Source: Piromyces finnis finn (lineage: Eukaryota > Fungi > Neocallimastigomycota). Taken from it: 64,000 nt of DNA. Shown here in pieces: positions 52,438 to 64,000 of this stretch. The notes beneath the pieces are model-generated. The model saw only the letters and a list, made by a program, of their open reading frames with translations. It had not been told where the DNA came from and searched no databases. The translations under genes were made by a program, and so were the position numbers. The DNA lies in contig MCFH01000057.1 of NCBI GenBank assembly GCA_002104945.1, positions 124,001 to 188,000 of the forward strand. The letters run 5' to 3'. Position 1 is the first letter of the stretch. Every line of letters starts with the position of its first letter.

Positions 52438-54480
52438 TAATAGGATGTTCAAAACGTATAAATATATATTAGAATATCATTATTTAATTTCATTATTTAG
52501 GTAAAACATGTAATAATTAGAAAATAGTATCAAATAATTCATATCAAAATTCAGTAGGAATACAGCAAAAATAATTTAAAATCACTAATTTCAACATTTT
52601 TTTAATATTTTTTTTTCCAAAAAAAAAAAACATAATACACTTTTATACCTAAATTCTGCAAAGTAACGATACAGCACAATTTTTTTTCTTTTTTTTTTTT
52701 TTTAAATTTCTATTCATAAATTTCTATTTTTTTTTTTTTCATGATTTTTTTTAATACTATTTTTATACTAATTTTATATATTGAAATGAAAGAAGAGAGA
52801 AAAAAAAATAAAAAAAGAAAATATAATTTTATATATTTACTAAATTTAGTTTTATTCATCATAGTTTCAACAAAAAAAAAAAAAAAGTAAAATTTAAGAA
52901 AAGACAAAAAAAAAAATAATAATAACACTTACAAAAACAAGAAAACAAAAAACAAAAAAAACAAAAAATCACACTTTATAAATAATAAAAATATGAAATT
53001 TTAATAATTAAAAAAAAAAAAAAAAAGGAAAAACCTTTTTTTTTTTTTTCATCCTAAAGTATATATGAATTTTTTTTTTCTTTTTCACTTTATCATTTAA
53101 TAAAAAAAGAATAATATTAAAACAAAAAATAAAAGTAAATACAATAATAATCAAGGAAATATACAAAGAACTAAAAATAATACAGAAAATATTAAACACT
53201 TGAAAAAAAAAAAAAAAAAAGAATATATTTATATTTATTTCACTTGATATCAATAAAATAAATATAAAGTAGGTTTAATAATAAGGAATAGGGAGAAAAA
53301 AAAATTAAAAAAAAAAAAAAAAAAAAAATTAAAGGGTTTTTTAAATGTTTCATTTATTTTTCTTTTATTTATAAAAGATTAATTTTTGAAAAGAAAATCC
53401 TTTTTAAATTATTCCTTTTTTTTTTTTTTTAATCCTCTATTATTATTATTGTTATTATTATTATAATAATTAAAATATATAATATATATAAAAAAAAAAA
53501 GTAATTTTTTTTTTTTTTTTCAATTTAGTTTTTCAATTATAATCTAATATTAAACTATCCTTGTTTAAAAAAAAAAACGAAAAAAACGAAAAAGTAATTT
53601 CGGTAAAAAAAAAACAGCAAAAAATAATTTTAAACAAAGTAAAAGGAAACACAAAAAACAAAAATAACAACAACAACTAAAAAAAAAAAACCCAATAATA
53701 TATTATAAAACAATAAAAAAAACATAATTTAAGTGATGTAAAATTTTTATATAATTTTTTTTTTTAAAATAATAAAATAAAATAAATAAATAAAAATATA
53801 AAATATCGTAAAAGTGCCCTTTTATTTTATTTTTTTTTTTTAATAATTGATCTTTTTAATTCACTATTTATGCTGATTAAATGTATGGATATGAGTTTTT
53901 AACTCTAAAAAAAAAATTTTTTTTTTTTTTAAGACATATCCATTTTTAATGGTATTGATTAGAAACATATTAATAAACGAATGTAATGAATAGCAAGGAT
54001 GGTAAATTGTAACCCTTTTTTTTTTTTGAATATTCCTTCATGATTGATAAAATAATAAAAAAAAAGTAAAAAAAAAAAAAAGTTTTAATAAATAAAAATC
54101 AAATCACAATCCAAAATAACTATGATAAAAAAAAAAAATTATATGGAATACTTTTAGAAACATGGAAATAAATAAAAAAAAAAATAAAAAAAGTCATTTT
54201 GATTAATTTTATTCTTCAATTTTTTTTTTTATTTTTTCTATTTTATAATAAAAAATATATCTATGTATATCTATGTATTTATTTTTAAGGATACTTTAAA
54301 TATATATATATATATTTATATTTCTTTTGTTAATAACGATGGTCTTTTTCTAGTAATTTTAAATAAATTAAATAATTTAATAAGATAGTAAAAAAAAAAA
54401 AGGTTTTTTTTTTCTATTGGATTTTTTGTTTTGTTTTTAATAATAATAAATAATTATTATTTCTCTAATATTATTTCTAT

Positions 54481-54492
54481 TTATTATTATTA

Positions 54493-54580
<88 letters not shown>
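54481..54580. repeat. (ATT)n microsatellite just downstream of the ABC transporter stop
   Basis: Direct inspection. Confidence 0.95.
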
Positions 54581-54582
<2 letters not shown>

Positions 54583-54645
54583 ACCTTTGGTTGTAATAAT
54601 TAAAAATTATTGTATTCTATTTTTTTTTTTTTTTTTTTTTTTCCC

Positions 54646-57600
54646 TTAATATTTCATTTTAATAACACGATCTGCGATAGCAAGGGTAGATTTTCTATGT
54701 GATACAATAATAATAGTTTTGTTCATTGCTTCATTTTTTAATGATTTAATAATAACAGCTTCGTTTAAACTATCAAGGTTACTTGTAGGTTCATCCAAAA
54801 ATATAATATCACTTTGACTTAAGAATGCTCTTGCAATTCCAATTCTTTGTCTTTCACCACCAGATAAAGATTTACCCAGTTCAGAGAGTTTGGTTTCGTA
54901 TCCTTTTGAAAGTTTTTGAATACGTTCATGAATGGAGGCTTTCTTACACGCCTCAATAATTTCTTCATCCGTAGCATCTAATTTCGCAATACGTAGATTT
55001 GAAGCAATAGTATCATGGAAAAGATAGGTTTCTTGTGTGACGTATGAAATATGTCTTCTAAGATTGGCGGATTTAATTGTATTGACTTCATTTGAACCAT
55101 AATAAATACTACCTTGATGGGTTTGGTAGAAACGCATCAAAAGTTTTAATACGGTAGATTTACCACAACCACTTTTACCAATAATTCCTGTAATTTTTCC
55201 TTTTTCAAAGACAGTAGAGAAATCGGTTAAAACGGTATTGGGATTAGGTTGAGATTCAGAAGGATAGGAAAATGTAACGTTGGAAACTTTGATATTTTCA
55301 TTTGTATTTATAGTACTTCCTTCCATTATATCTTGAGTTATTGGCGTTTCTTCAATTAAATCAAGTACCCTTTCACCACTGGCTAATGTATGATTTAGAT
55401 TATTGGAAAGACTACTGATGGCAGCAGTTGGACCAAAAGAACTCATCATGGCAATGATAGCAATAATTCCACTGCCAAATTCAATCTTTCCATGATAACT
55501 TAATAAACCAACAGTAATTGTCATGACTGCACCAGCTGCCATAATAACAGTATTTGTTATCCCGGTTTGAGTACTTTCATAGGAATTTAATTTTTTTTGT
55601 AATTTTCCAAGACGTTCATTTTCCATGTCAACCACTTTCTCCCTTTCCTTTCCATGACCATATTGTATGATCTCACCCATACCAAGTAAATTATCAAGTA
55701 CAAGAGTATTTAGATGGGCAAATCCTTCTCTGTATCTGAATCCAATATCTCCACCAATACTACTGTTGATAACCGGAACAATCACCCCAACCATTAGGTA
55801 AGCAAGGAGGGCAACACTTCCAAGAATCCAGTGTTTTGTCCAAATGAACGCTACCATAATTACAGAGGTAATGATAGCAATAGCAATAGGAGAAATGGTA
55901 TGAGCGTAAAAGACTTCAAGTTGTTCGGTGTCAGAGGTTATCATTGAAATAAGACTACCTTTCTTCTTTCCATCAAGTTTAGCTGGAGCAAGACGACGAA
56001 GCGAATCAAAAATAATGTCTCTAATTCTGGCTAATAATTTAAATGCAATGTAATGATTACACGCTTGTTCACCATACCGTAAAAATCCTCTACAGACGGC
56101 AAGAATAATTAGTACGATGCATAGCGTGGTAATGTGTTTGGAATAATGGATCATACCATAACCACCAAGAACAGTAATGAATATAGCTGAAAAATGTCCA
56201 AGACAACCTAAAATAATGGCTAGGACCATATAGCCCATCATTGGAGCTACAAGTGTAATTAACTGAACCATGATACTAATCCCTGACCGTTTTCTTTCCC
56301 CATTTTTAGTATCATTTTTATTTTCTTCCTTGGTATATGATATTTCATCATGAATTAATTTATCCTCTTCCTCACTAATACCTTCATAATCCTTCTTTAA
56401 TGCTTCAGATAGATTAGTGTCGGTATACCTTTCTAATTCCTTCTGTCTGGTAAACATAATTTTATAGGGATTCTCATCATCACCACTCATAAGTTCATCA
56501 TGTGTACCTTGGGCTACAATTTTTCCTGAATCCAACATAAAGATTTGATCAGCCTCTGTAATGTTAGCGAGACGATGAGAGATGACGATGACGGTTTTTT
56601 CTTTAGCAAGTTCCCTGATGACGTCCATACATTTTTTTTCACTTTCAATATCAATATTGGAAGTTGCTTCATCAAAAATATAAATCTCACTGTCATGAAG
56701 AATGGCTCTAGCAAGAGCAAGTCGTTGTTTTTGACCACCGGAAAGATTTGTACCATTTTCCATGATTTTCATATTTAATCCACCATTATTCATAATAAAA
56801 TCGTAAATTCTTGCCTTCTTCATCGCATTTTTCATTAAATCAGTAATTTTCTTCATTTCTATGTCGGTAATTTCTATATCGATATTTTTAACTATACCAT
56901 TTAATTGTTCTCTCCTAACACCCATAAAAAGATTATCAAAAACAGTTCCCGAAAACATATAACTATCATGAGTAACCCTAGTAATTTTTCTCATGCAATC
57001 TGAATCTATCATGCTACTTCTTTCTCGATTCCAGATAAATAAATTTCCATCATAGTATTTATGTTCGCCCATTATTAATGAGGTAATAGTACTCTTACCA
57101 CAACCAGAAACACCAACAATACCAACAAAACTTTTTGGTTTAATATTCATGTTGATAGTATCAAGAACTTTATGATGATCGTTTTTATAGGTGAACGAAA
57201 TATTTTCTAGTGAAATGGCCATATTCTTGTTCATTGGATCCATGATGGCTTTTTTATTATTATTGGTAGTAGAATTAATATCTATCTTTACGGAATCTTT
57301 TACTTTGTCCATAACATCCTCAGTGACATTATTTTCAGGTAGATTTTGGAAATCCAAATAGTTGAAAACGCGCTCAGCAGCCGAATTACCGTTCATGGCA
57401 ATATGGAAGAAAGAGCCGAGTAAACGCATTGGTAAGAAAAATTCAGATGAAGTCATAGTGATAAAAAAGACTTCTGCTATATTAATATGTCCTCTTTTTA
57501 ATTCAAGTAAACTAAGAATAATGCCAATAGCAGATCCACCATAGGCAATCAAGTCCATCACACTAACAGAATTTAATTGCATGATAAGAACACGCATTGT

Positions 57601-58293
57601 AATTTTTCTAAATTTTTCAGATTCCTTATGCATTTTATCTGCATAAAAGTCATCTGCCTGATAAATTTTCATAGTGGTAAGACCTTGAAGGTATTCTAAG
57701 AAACTATCACCTAATTCAGTATAATGACCCCAATACTTGTTAAGTAATCTTTTTGCAAATTTCTGTACAATAATAATAGATACTGGAATAAGTGGAACGC
57801 ATATTAACAATACAATAGCGATCAACCAATTTATTGTAACCACCACAATAAATAATGTTAATGGAGCAAGTAAAGCATAAAAGAATTGAGCAATGTATTT
57901 TCCAAAGTAAATTTCCAATTGATCCACCCCTTCCGTAGAAAGTTGAACAATTTCTGAACTTGGACAAACTTCATGATAATTTGGACCAATTTCAATAAAT
58001 TTATTATATATCATACTTCTAAGTCTTCCTTTTACCATTGAAGAGGATTTAAAGGAAACTACACCACCGATTTTTTGTAAGATAAATCGAATAAGAATAA
58101 TAATAATGACAATAATAATATACCTAGTAATATCTTTTTTCTTTAATTGGCCTTCAAATATATTACCAACAATTTCCGAAGACATATATATGAATACAAT
58201 ATTAGCTACCATCATTAACCATTGTGTAAGTATAAAACTACCAATATATGGCCAGGTAACTTTAAATTCTTTTAATAACCTGATGTTTAACAT
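54646..58293 (-). CDS. cydDC: Fused CydD-CydC-type ABC exporter (TMD-NBD-TMD-NBD), intronless, bacterial type
   Basis: Two Walker A motifs (GVSGCGKST, GKSGCGKST), two signatures (LSGGQKQR, LSGGERQR) and two Walker B motifs (IFDEATS, FLDEPTS). The first half has the CydD-like EGVDQLEIYFGKYIAQ...TMRVL. The second half has the CydC-like RYGEQACNHYIAFKLLARIR...SDTEQLEVFYAHTISP. Confidence 0.9.
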   Translation of the reverse strand: MLNIRLLKEFKVTWPYIGSFILTQWLMMVANIVFIYMSSEIVGNIFEGQLKKKDITRYIIIVIIIILIRFILQKIGGVVSFKSSSMVKGRLRSMIYNKFIEIGPNYHEVCPSSEIVQLSTEGVDQLEIYFGKYIAQFFYALLAPLTLFIVVVTINWLIAIVLLICVPLIPVSIIIVQKFAKRLLNKYWGHYTELGDSFLEYLQGLTTMKIYQADDFYADKMHKESEKFRKITMRVLIMQLNSVSVMDLIAYGGSAIGIILSLLELKRGHINIAEVFFITMTSSEFFLPMRLLGSFFHIAMNGNSAAERVFNYLDFQNLPENNVTEDVMDKVKDSVKIDINSTTNNNKKAIMDPMNKNMAISLENISFTYKNDHHKVLDTINMNIKPKSFVGIVGVSGCGKSTITSLIMGEHKYYDGNLFIWNRERSSMIDSDCMRKITRVTHDSYMFSGTVFDNLFMGVRREQLNGIVKNIDIEITDIEMKKITDLMKNAMKKARIYDFIMNNGGLNMKIMENGTNLSGGQKQRLALARAILHDSEIYIFDEATSNIDIESEKKCMDVIRELAKEKTVIVISHRLANITEADQIFMLDSGKIVAQGTHDELMSGDDENPYKIMFTRQKELERYTDTNLSEALKKDYEGISEEEDKLIHDEISYTKEENKNDTKNGERKRSGISIMVQLITLVAPMMGYMVLAIILGCLGHFSAIFITVLGGYGMIHYSKHITTLCIVLIILAVCRGFLRYGEQACNHYIAFKLLARIRDIIFDSLRRLAPAKLDGKKKGSLISMITSDTEQLEVFYAHTISPIAIAIITSVIMVAFIWTKHWILGSVALLAYLMVGVIVPVINSSIGGDIGFRYREGFAHLNTLVLDNLLGMGEIIQYGHGKEREKVVDMENERLGKLQKKLNSYESTQTGITNTVIMAAGAVMTITVGLLSYHGKIEFGSGIIAIIAMMSSFGPTAAISSLSNNLNHTLASGERVLDLIEETPITQDIMEGSTINTNENIKVSNVTFSYPSESQPNPNTVLTDFSTVFEKGKITGIIGKSGCGKSTVLKLLMRFYQTHQGSIYYGSNEVNTIKSANLRRHISYVTQETYLFHDTIASNLRIAKLDATDEEIIEACKKASIHERIQKLSKGYETKLSELGKSLSGGERQRIGIARAFLSQSDIIFLDEPTSNLDSLNEAVIIKSLKNEAMNKTIIIVSHRKSTLAIADRVIKMKY

Positions 58294-58324
58294 TTTTTAT
58301 TTATAAATTATGAAAGGTATTTTC

Positions 58325-58712
58325 TATTATTGAATATTATTGTTGAATATTATTGTTGAATATTTTCTATTATTGAATATTATTGTTGAATATTATTGTT
58401 GAATATTTTCTATTATTGAATATTATTGTTGAATATTTTTTATTATTGAATATTATTGTTGAATATTATTATTGAATATTATTGTTGAATATTATTGTTG
58501 AATATTATTATTGAATATTATTGTTGAATATTATTGTTGAATATTTTTTATTATTGAATATTATTGTTGAATATTATTATTGAATATTATTGTTGAATAT
58601 TATTGTTGAATATTTTCTATTATTGAATATTATTGTTGAATATTTTTTATTATTGAATATTATTGTTGAATATTATTATTGAATATTATTGTTGAATATT
58701 ATTATTGAATAT
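58325..58712. repeat. Minisatellite of 13-bp TATTATTGTTGAA units with 13- and 17-bp variants, ~30 bp upstream of the ABC gene ATG
   Basis: Units TATTATTGTTGAA, TATTATTATTGAA and TATTTT(C/T)TATTATTGAA are interleaved over ~390 bp. Confidence 0.95.
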
Positions 58713-61326
58713 TTTTTTTTTTGCTGAATTACAATATATATTATTAAATTTTCATTCTTAAAATTATTAGTTTTTTTTTTTAAATATTTATTGTTTTAAT
58801 GAATGAATGGAAATATACATTTTCTTTTTTTTATATATTTTACCATCACACTCTTTATTTTGTTTAAAAATAAAAAGGAAGAGTAACAAGGTTTCTTTCT
58901 TTTTTTTTTTAAAGAAAAAGTTAAGTTTTTTTGGTTACACTCAAAAACTTTTTTTTTAATTCTTGAAATGTATTGGTTTCAATACCCGAAATGGATTAAA
59001 TTAAATTAAAATTTTAAAAATAAAAAAATAAAATTCTTTTTGTTACACACAAAGTTAAATTAAAAAAAAAAGAAAACATTTTCTTTCTTTCTTTTTATTT
59101 TATAAAAACATAAAAACTTGATATAGAAAAAACTAAATGATATGGCATTTTTCTTTACTAGATTATATATATTTTTGTAAAAATAAATAGTATAAGCGTT
59201 GTAGGGAAAGATTATTTCTTAAAAGAAATTATTATAATCCAGCATCAATAGGATTCAACAACTTTATATGTAGTAATTATTTCTTATTTGTAAAGATACG
59301 AATATATACCTATATATTTGTATAACCCTTTTTTTTATATATATACAGTTATTTCCTATTGATTTTTTCATTTAGAAGTAATTCAATTTATTTAAACCCA
59401 CGAACTCGAATGAAAAATCAATTGAGCACTATCTATTATCTTTACGTCATTATAATGACATAAAATATTACTTTTTTATATATTCTTTTTAAAACAAAAA
59501 AAAAACTTTTCATTTTTCAAATATAATTTTTAATACTAATGTGGTATGAAACATATTGCCATAAAAATAAAAATTGACTACTTTGACAAATTATTTAAAA
59601 ACTTTTATGTTTAAATATCTTTTTTTTTTTCATCATCTTATACAATAATGAAAATATGAAAATGAAATAGTATGGAATAATCTTTTCTAAATTATTTATG
59701 GTTGTCTAATTTTTTTTAAATACCAAACTATTAACTAATGATATGGAGCATCCATTTATATAATCTTTAACCTTTACAATACATTTTATTACATTGTAGA
59801 AATAATGTAATAAGACATTTATTATTAAACCTTAATGAATAATAAATTTAAAGTATGAAAAAAAAAAAACAAAAGAAATTTCTTTTAAAAAAGTGTTTAA
59901 TGGTTTTTTACATTACTATTTCAATGATATTGTAAAAAAAAAAAAAGTTTTCTTTCTATGATATTTTTGTAAAAATAATAATAATAATTATAATAATTTT
60001 TAAAAAAATTAATGTTTTTTTATTTTCATAATGTGACTGGTAGTATATAATTGTTGATAGGATAGTTTATATAGTATTGTATTACTTTATAATAGTTAGA
60101 TTATACCATGATTAAAAAAAAAAAAAAAAGGTATCAGTATATCAAATATTTATAGTAATTTTAAGATTCTGTGGTATAAAAATATAAAAATATATTGGTA
60201 TAATATTAATGATAAAAAAAAAAGGTCATAAAAATAATATATACTATATACAATATTTGGTTTGTTAATATATATAAAATAGTTTGACTGTATGCTTTTT
60301 TTTTTTTTTTAACTTTAGAAATATATCTTTTCTCTTCATTTTTTGAATAAATATTTTTTATTTCCTTTATAATTCCAAAGAAAAGATTTATTAATAATTA
60401 TTATTGTGTTGACAGTATAAATAACTTGCAGTAAAAAAACCTTAACAATTTACTAATAATTATATTATAGAATTCAAATTGTTTAAGGATCAAAACAAAT
60501 CGTGTATTGTTAATGAGTTGAATATATATATATTATAATTAAATATGTACTTTTTTATTACACTCAAATAAGACATCTTAAAAAAATCGAGAACTTACAA
60601 ATATATATATATATATATATATTTTATTTTCATTTCATATTTCAAACATAATTGTTTTTTATTTTTATTTTTCTTTCTTTTATACTAGTTCCAGTATTTT
60701 AGTTTTAAGTTAAACTACACCATAGAACTCATAAAAAAAAAGAGGATATTATCTAAAGAAATTAGAGGAATAATTGTTTGATTTCATCAATTCTTTTATT
60801 ATAATGTGTTATAAAAATATAAGGATGTTCAGGACTATTTATATTCCTTAATGATATGTTTTTTCAAACACTATACAAAAGTTTAATTAGAATATTATTA
60901 ATGATAAGGTTAATAATATAATATTATAATTTTTTTTTTAATAATATAAAAAACGTATATTTAAATAAATTACATTTTTTTTCACTTAAAAAATAAAAAG
61001 TAAAAAAACATCGTTTAATAATTCACGATAAAATAATAAACAGCATTCATTCTTGGAATTCTTTTAAAGTCTTTCTTTTTCAATTCATTTATTATTCATT
61101 TGGTAGATAACCCTTTAAATAAGCAAAATTTTTACTTTTATCTTTTTATATATCTTTTTAATTTATTCTTATTTTATAATAGAGTGATATATACTTTTTA
61201 TCTTTTTACATTTAAAGTCATACCATATGAAAAACAATCACAACCACAACAATAATAATAAATAAATAGTAATGAGGAGGAGGAGGATATTCTTATTAGT
61301 ATTAGTATTATTAAATAAATAAATAT

Positions 61327-61420
61327 TTATTTATTTATCTATCTATTCATTCATTTAATTATTACTTATTTATTTATCTATCTATTCATTCATTTAATTA
61401 TTACTTAATTATTTATCTCT
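61327..61420. repeat. ~40-bp tandem duplication of TTTA/CTAT/TTCA-rich sequence
   Basis: TTTATTTATCTATCTATTCATTCATTTAATTATTACTTA occurs twice, plus a partial third copy. Confidence 0.8.
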
Positions 61421-63159
61421 CTATTTATTTTTTTAATAATAATTAATAATCATTATTTATATTATTATATATATTAATTTACATTGATTTCATATATTAG
61501 TTGACTTCTTAATTGTTGGCTTTTTTATTTTTTTTTATATTTAAAATAATATATTATCCATTATAATCAAACATATATTAAAGTCAATAATTAAAAGTTT
61601 TTAATTTATTTTTGATTAAATATTAATTAAAAACCAAAAAAGTCACCAATTCCTCAGGCTTTATAAATAAGGAAATAGTTTAAGTCATCGTCATCATGAA
61701 ATTGAGTCGTGGAATTCAACAAAAAATGAAGGTGAAAACATTAAAAAGAATAAATGTAAGCATGCATGCTATTGAAAAGGTAAATAGACATCAAGTTAGA
61801 TTAACAAAATTCTAAATATTTCTATTAATTAGCCAGATAAAAGTTATTACTACCTGTAAAAAAAAAAAAAGGTTCAATGATTGAAACTACTTACAAAAAT
61901 TTTGTGGATGATTATTTATTGATGTGTTGAAATGTAATTTCAAAAAGTTATTTAAAGAGTGTTGTAGCCATTCTCTTGTCAATTAGTTGATTGAAGAAAT
62001 CAACTTTTTATATGAATGATGTAATTTTTAAAGGTAAAATGATTAATGTATATAGACAATATACGATGCAATTAATTTTAGATACTATACTATACTATAA
62101 TTTACATTACATCTGGGGTGGGTTTCATTTTCCCTTATCATTTTTTTTTAAAAAAAAGAATATTTATTAATATGATTATGAATAAAGTTTATTGGTTATA
62201 TGCATGGTTTTATTAGTCATATCATATTATATTTCAATATTATGTAAAAAATTGTTTTGATATAGTTTATTAATATTTCATTTTTGAATTGTCATGCTTT
62301 AAAGTTCAATCTTTATTTTTTTTTTAAAATAAAAAGTGGTAGTAAAGCTTATTCTATTATTAACTATAACATTTAATATTTAAAAGTCAGTTGTAAAATT
62401 TCCATTTTTTTTTTTTTCAATTCATTTTTAATACTCTTAATAATAAAATGATATCCATTAATAATAAAAAAAAAAAAAGAAAAAGAAATTTATACATTAC
62501 AAGACTAACTATTTTTATTATTACTATTACTATGTTAACATTTATCTTTTTTTTTATCAATGAAATTAATGCACATCCATTTCCATTTAAAAGCTTATTA
62601 ATTGATGTTTTTTTTTTCGAATTATATTTCAAGGATTAATAATGCAATTTAATAAATGAATAGTATAGTAATTAATACTATTATAATTGTTTTGCTTTCT
62701 TTTCTTTTTTTTATTTTAAAATTGAAAAGAATGCTTTTCCTAAAGTTTTTGTTCTTTTTTTTATGGTATCACTTCTACCTACAGTTCTTTTTTCTTTGCT
62801 GAAAATTCTGTTCCAATAATGTAATACAGCCACCACCACCACCTCTTTCTTATTTTACTAAATTTTGTACTATAAAACTATATATTACAATATATTTCTA
62901 TATATTATTAATAAATAATAAATTCTATTGTTTTATTTAAAAAACGGTAATTTCAATTATAGTAAATTTCATTATTTAAATTAATTAGATTAAATTAATT
63001 TAAATATAAATAAAGTTTTGAAACTAAAAGATATACCGATAATATATTATAATATATATTGTATGTATTCCAAAATATAATAAATACATTTAATATTCAT
63101 TTTTAATATATTATACATTATAATACAATACATCAATGTAATTCATTCATTCTACTAAT

Positions 63160-63230
63160 TAATAAATAAATAAATAACTAGATAAATAACTAAATAAAGA
63201 AATAAATAACTAAATAAATAAATAAATAAC

Positions 63231-63261
<31 letters not shown>

Positions 63262-63305
63262 ATAGATAAATAAATAAATGAATAATTAGATAAATAAATG
63301 AATAA
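63160..63305. repeat. Imperfect (TAAA)n array
   Basis: Direct inspection. Confidence 0.85.
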
Positions 63306-64000
63306 TACATATTATACATATTTAAATGTTAATTAATATATAATACTATAATAATAATATTATTATTATTTTTAGGTATTATTTAAATATGTATTATTAT
63401 TTAATTTGTTAATAAATTAATAAATCTAATCTATTAATTGTTCTATAAATAATTAAACATTTTTTTTATTTTATTTATTGTATTATTCATAAATAAAGAA
63501 AAAAAAAAAAAAAGGTAAATCTGTTCATCAATTTTAAATTTTTGTAAGAAATATTTTGAATAAAAAAAAAAAAATATTTTTGCTTTTTAGATATAATAGA
63601 AAAGTAGAGGATAATAAAGATTATTAGGTAAAACCCAAAAGTATTATAAGAAAACAACAATAAAAACAGTAAAATTTCAAAAACAACATCAAAGGAAAAC
63701 ATGGCAATAAACAATAAATAAACAAAATTAATTCAATAAATTAAAAAAATTCTAGTTGTTTAAAAATAATTTAAATAAAAAGTTTATATACATATATTAC
63801 ATATATAAAATAACTTTTAACTATCGGTATAATGTATTAAAAAGAAATGAAAAATACAACAATTAATAAAAAAGTAAATTATAAACATTAGAAATAAACT
63901 GATTTTAAAAGAAATTTAAATTATTGAATGAGTGAAAGAGTCAACACAAGTTTCTTTAACGTTGATATTATTTAAAAATAAAAGGAAATAATAAATAATA

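Noticed and set aside
52700-54650. Short hydrophobic or Lys-rich ORFs in poly-A/T intergenic DNA (also at 14097, 39053, 42886, 62417, 63487)
   Set aside because: They are by-products of homopolymer and trinucleotide runs in very AT-rich sequence.
56514-58306. Alternative-frame and antisense ORFs inside the ABC gene
   Set aside because: They are shadows of the 1215-aa ORF.
58325-58712. Possible CRISPR-like array
   Set aside because: The units are contiguous 13-17-bp repeats without unique spacers, there are no cas genes, and the context is eukaryotic.
61640-62000. Coding-like patch in the terminal AT desert
   Set aside because: No consistent frame or recognisable motif, so it cannot be assigned.

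Overview
Extremely AT-rich, intron-rich eukaryotic DNA that looks like an anaerobic gut fungus (Neocallimastigomycota). This is inferred from composition, LysM/CBM18 modules, chromovirus remnants, a ciliary gene and intronless bacterial-type genes. 0-3.5 kb holds nested Ty3/gypsy debris: a gag split by a 724-bp solo LTR with a 5-bp TSD, and an internally deleted chromovirus on the minus strand. 3.8-7.1 kb is a patchwork of pseudogene fragments (M13 peptidase, LysM plus 3 CBM18, TM/PY tail). The genes that follow are a secreted, probably GPI-anchored LRR protein built from one-repeat-per-exon 72-nt cassettes; a Cys-rich single-pass protein; RRP1/NOP52; an IQGAP-type CH-domain protein ending in an EK repeat and a TM helix instead of IQ/RasGAP domains; LRRC49; the PP2A scaffold A subunit; a PNUTS/Ppn1-like PP1 regulator; an intronless Flavodoxin_2 oxidoreductase; a Pho80/Pcl cyclin with a distant extra terminal exon; an intronless 1012-aa coiled-coil protein with LC8/PP1-like motifs; and an intronless fused CydD-CydC-type ABC exporter preceded by a 13-bp minisatellite. 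No tRNA, rRNA or CRISPR array was recognised. All gene models were spliced by eye and no database search was run.
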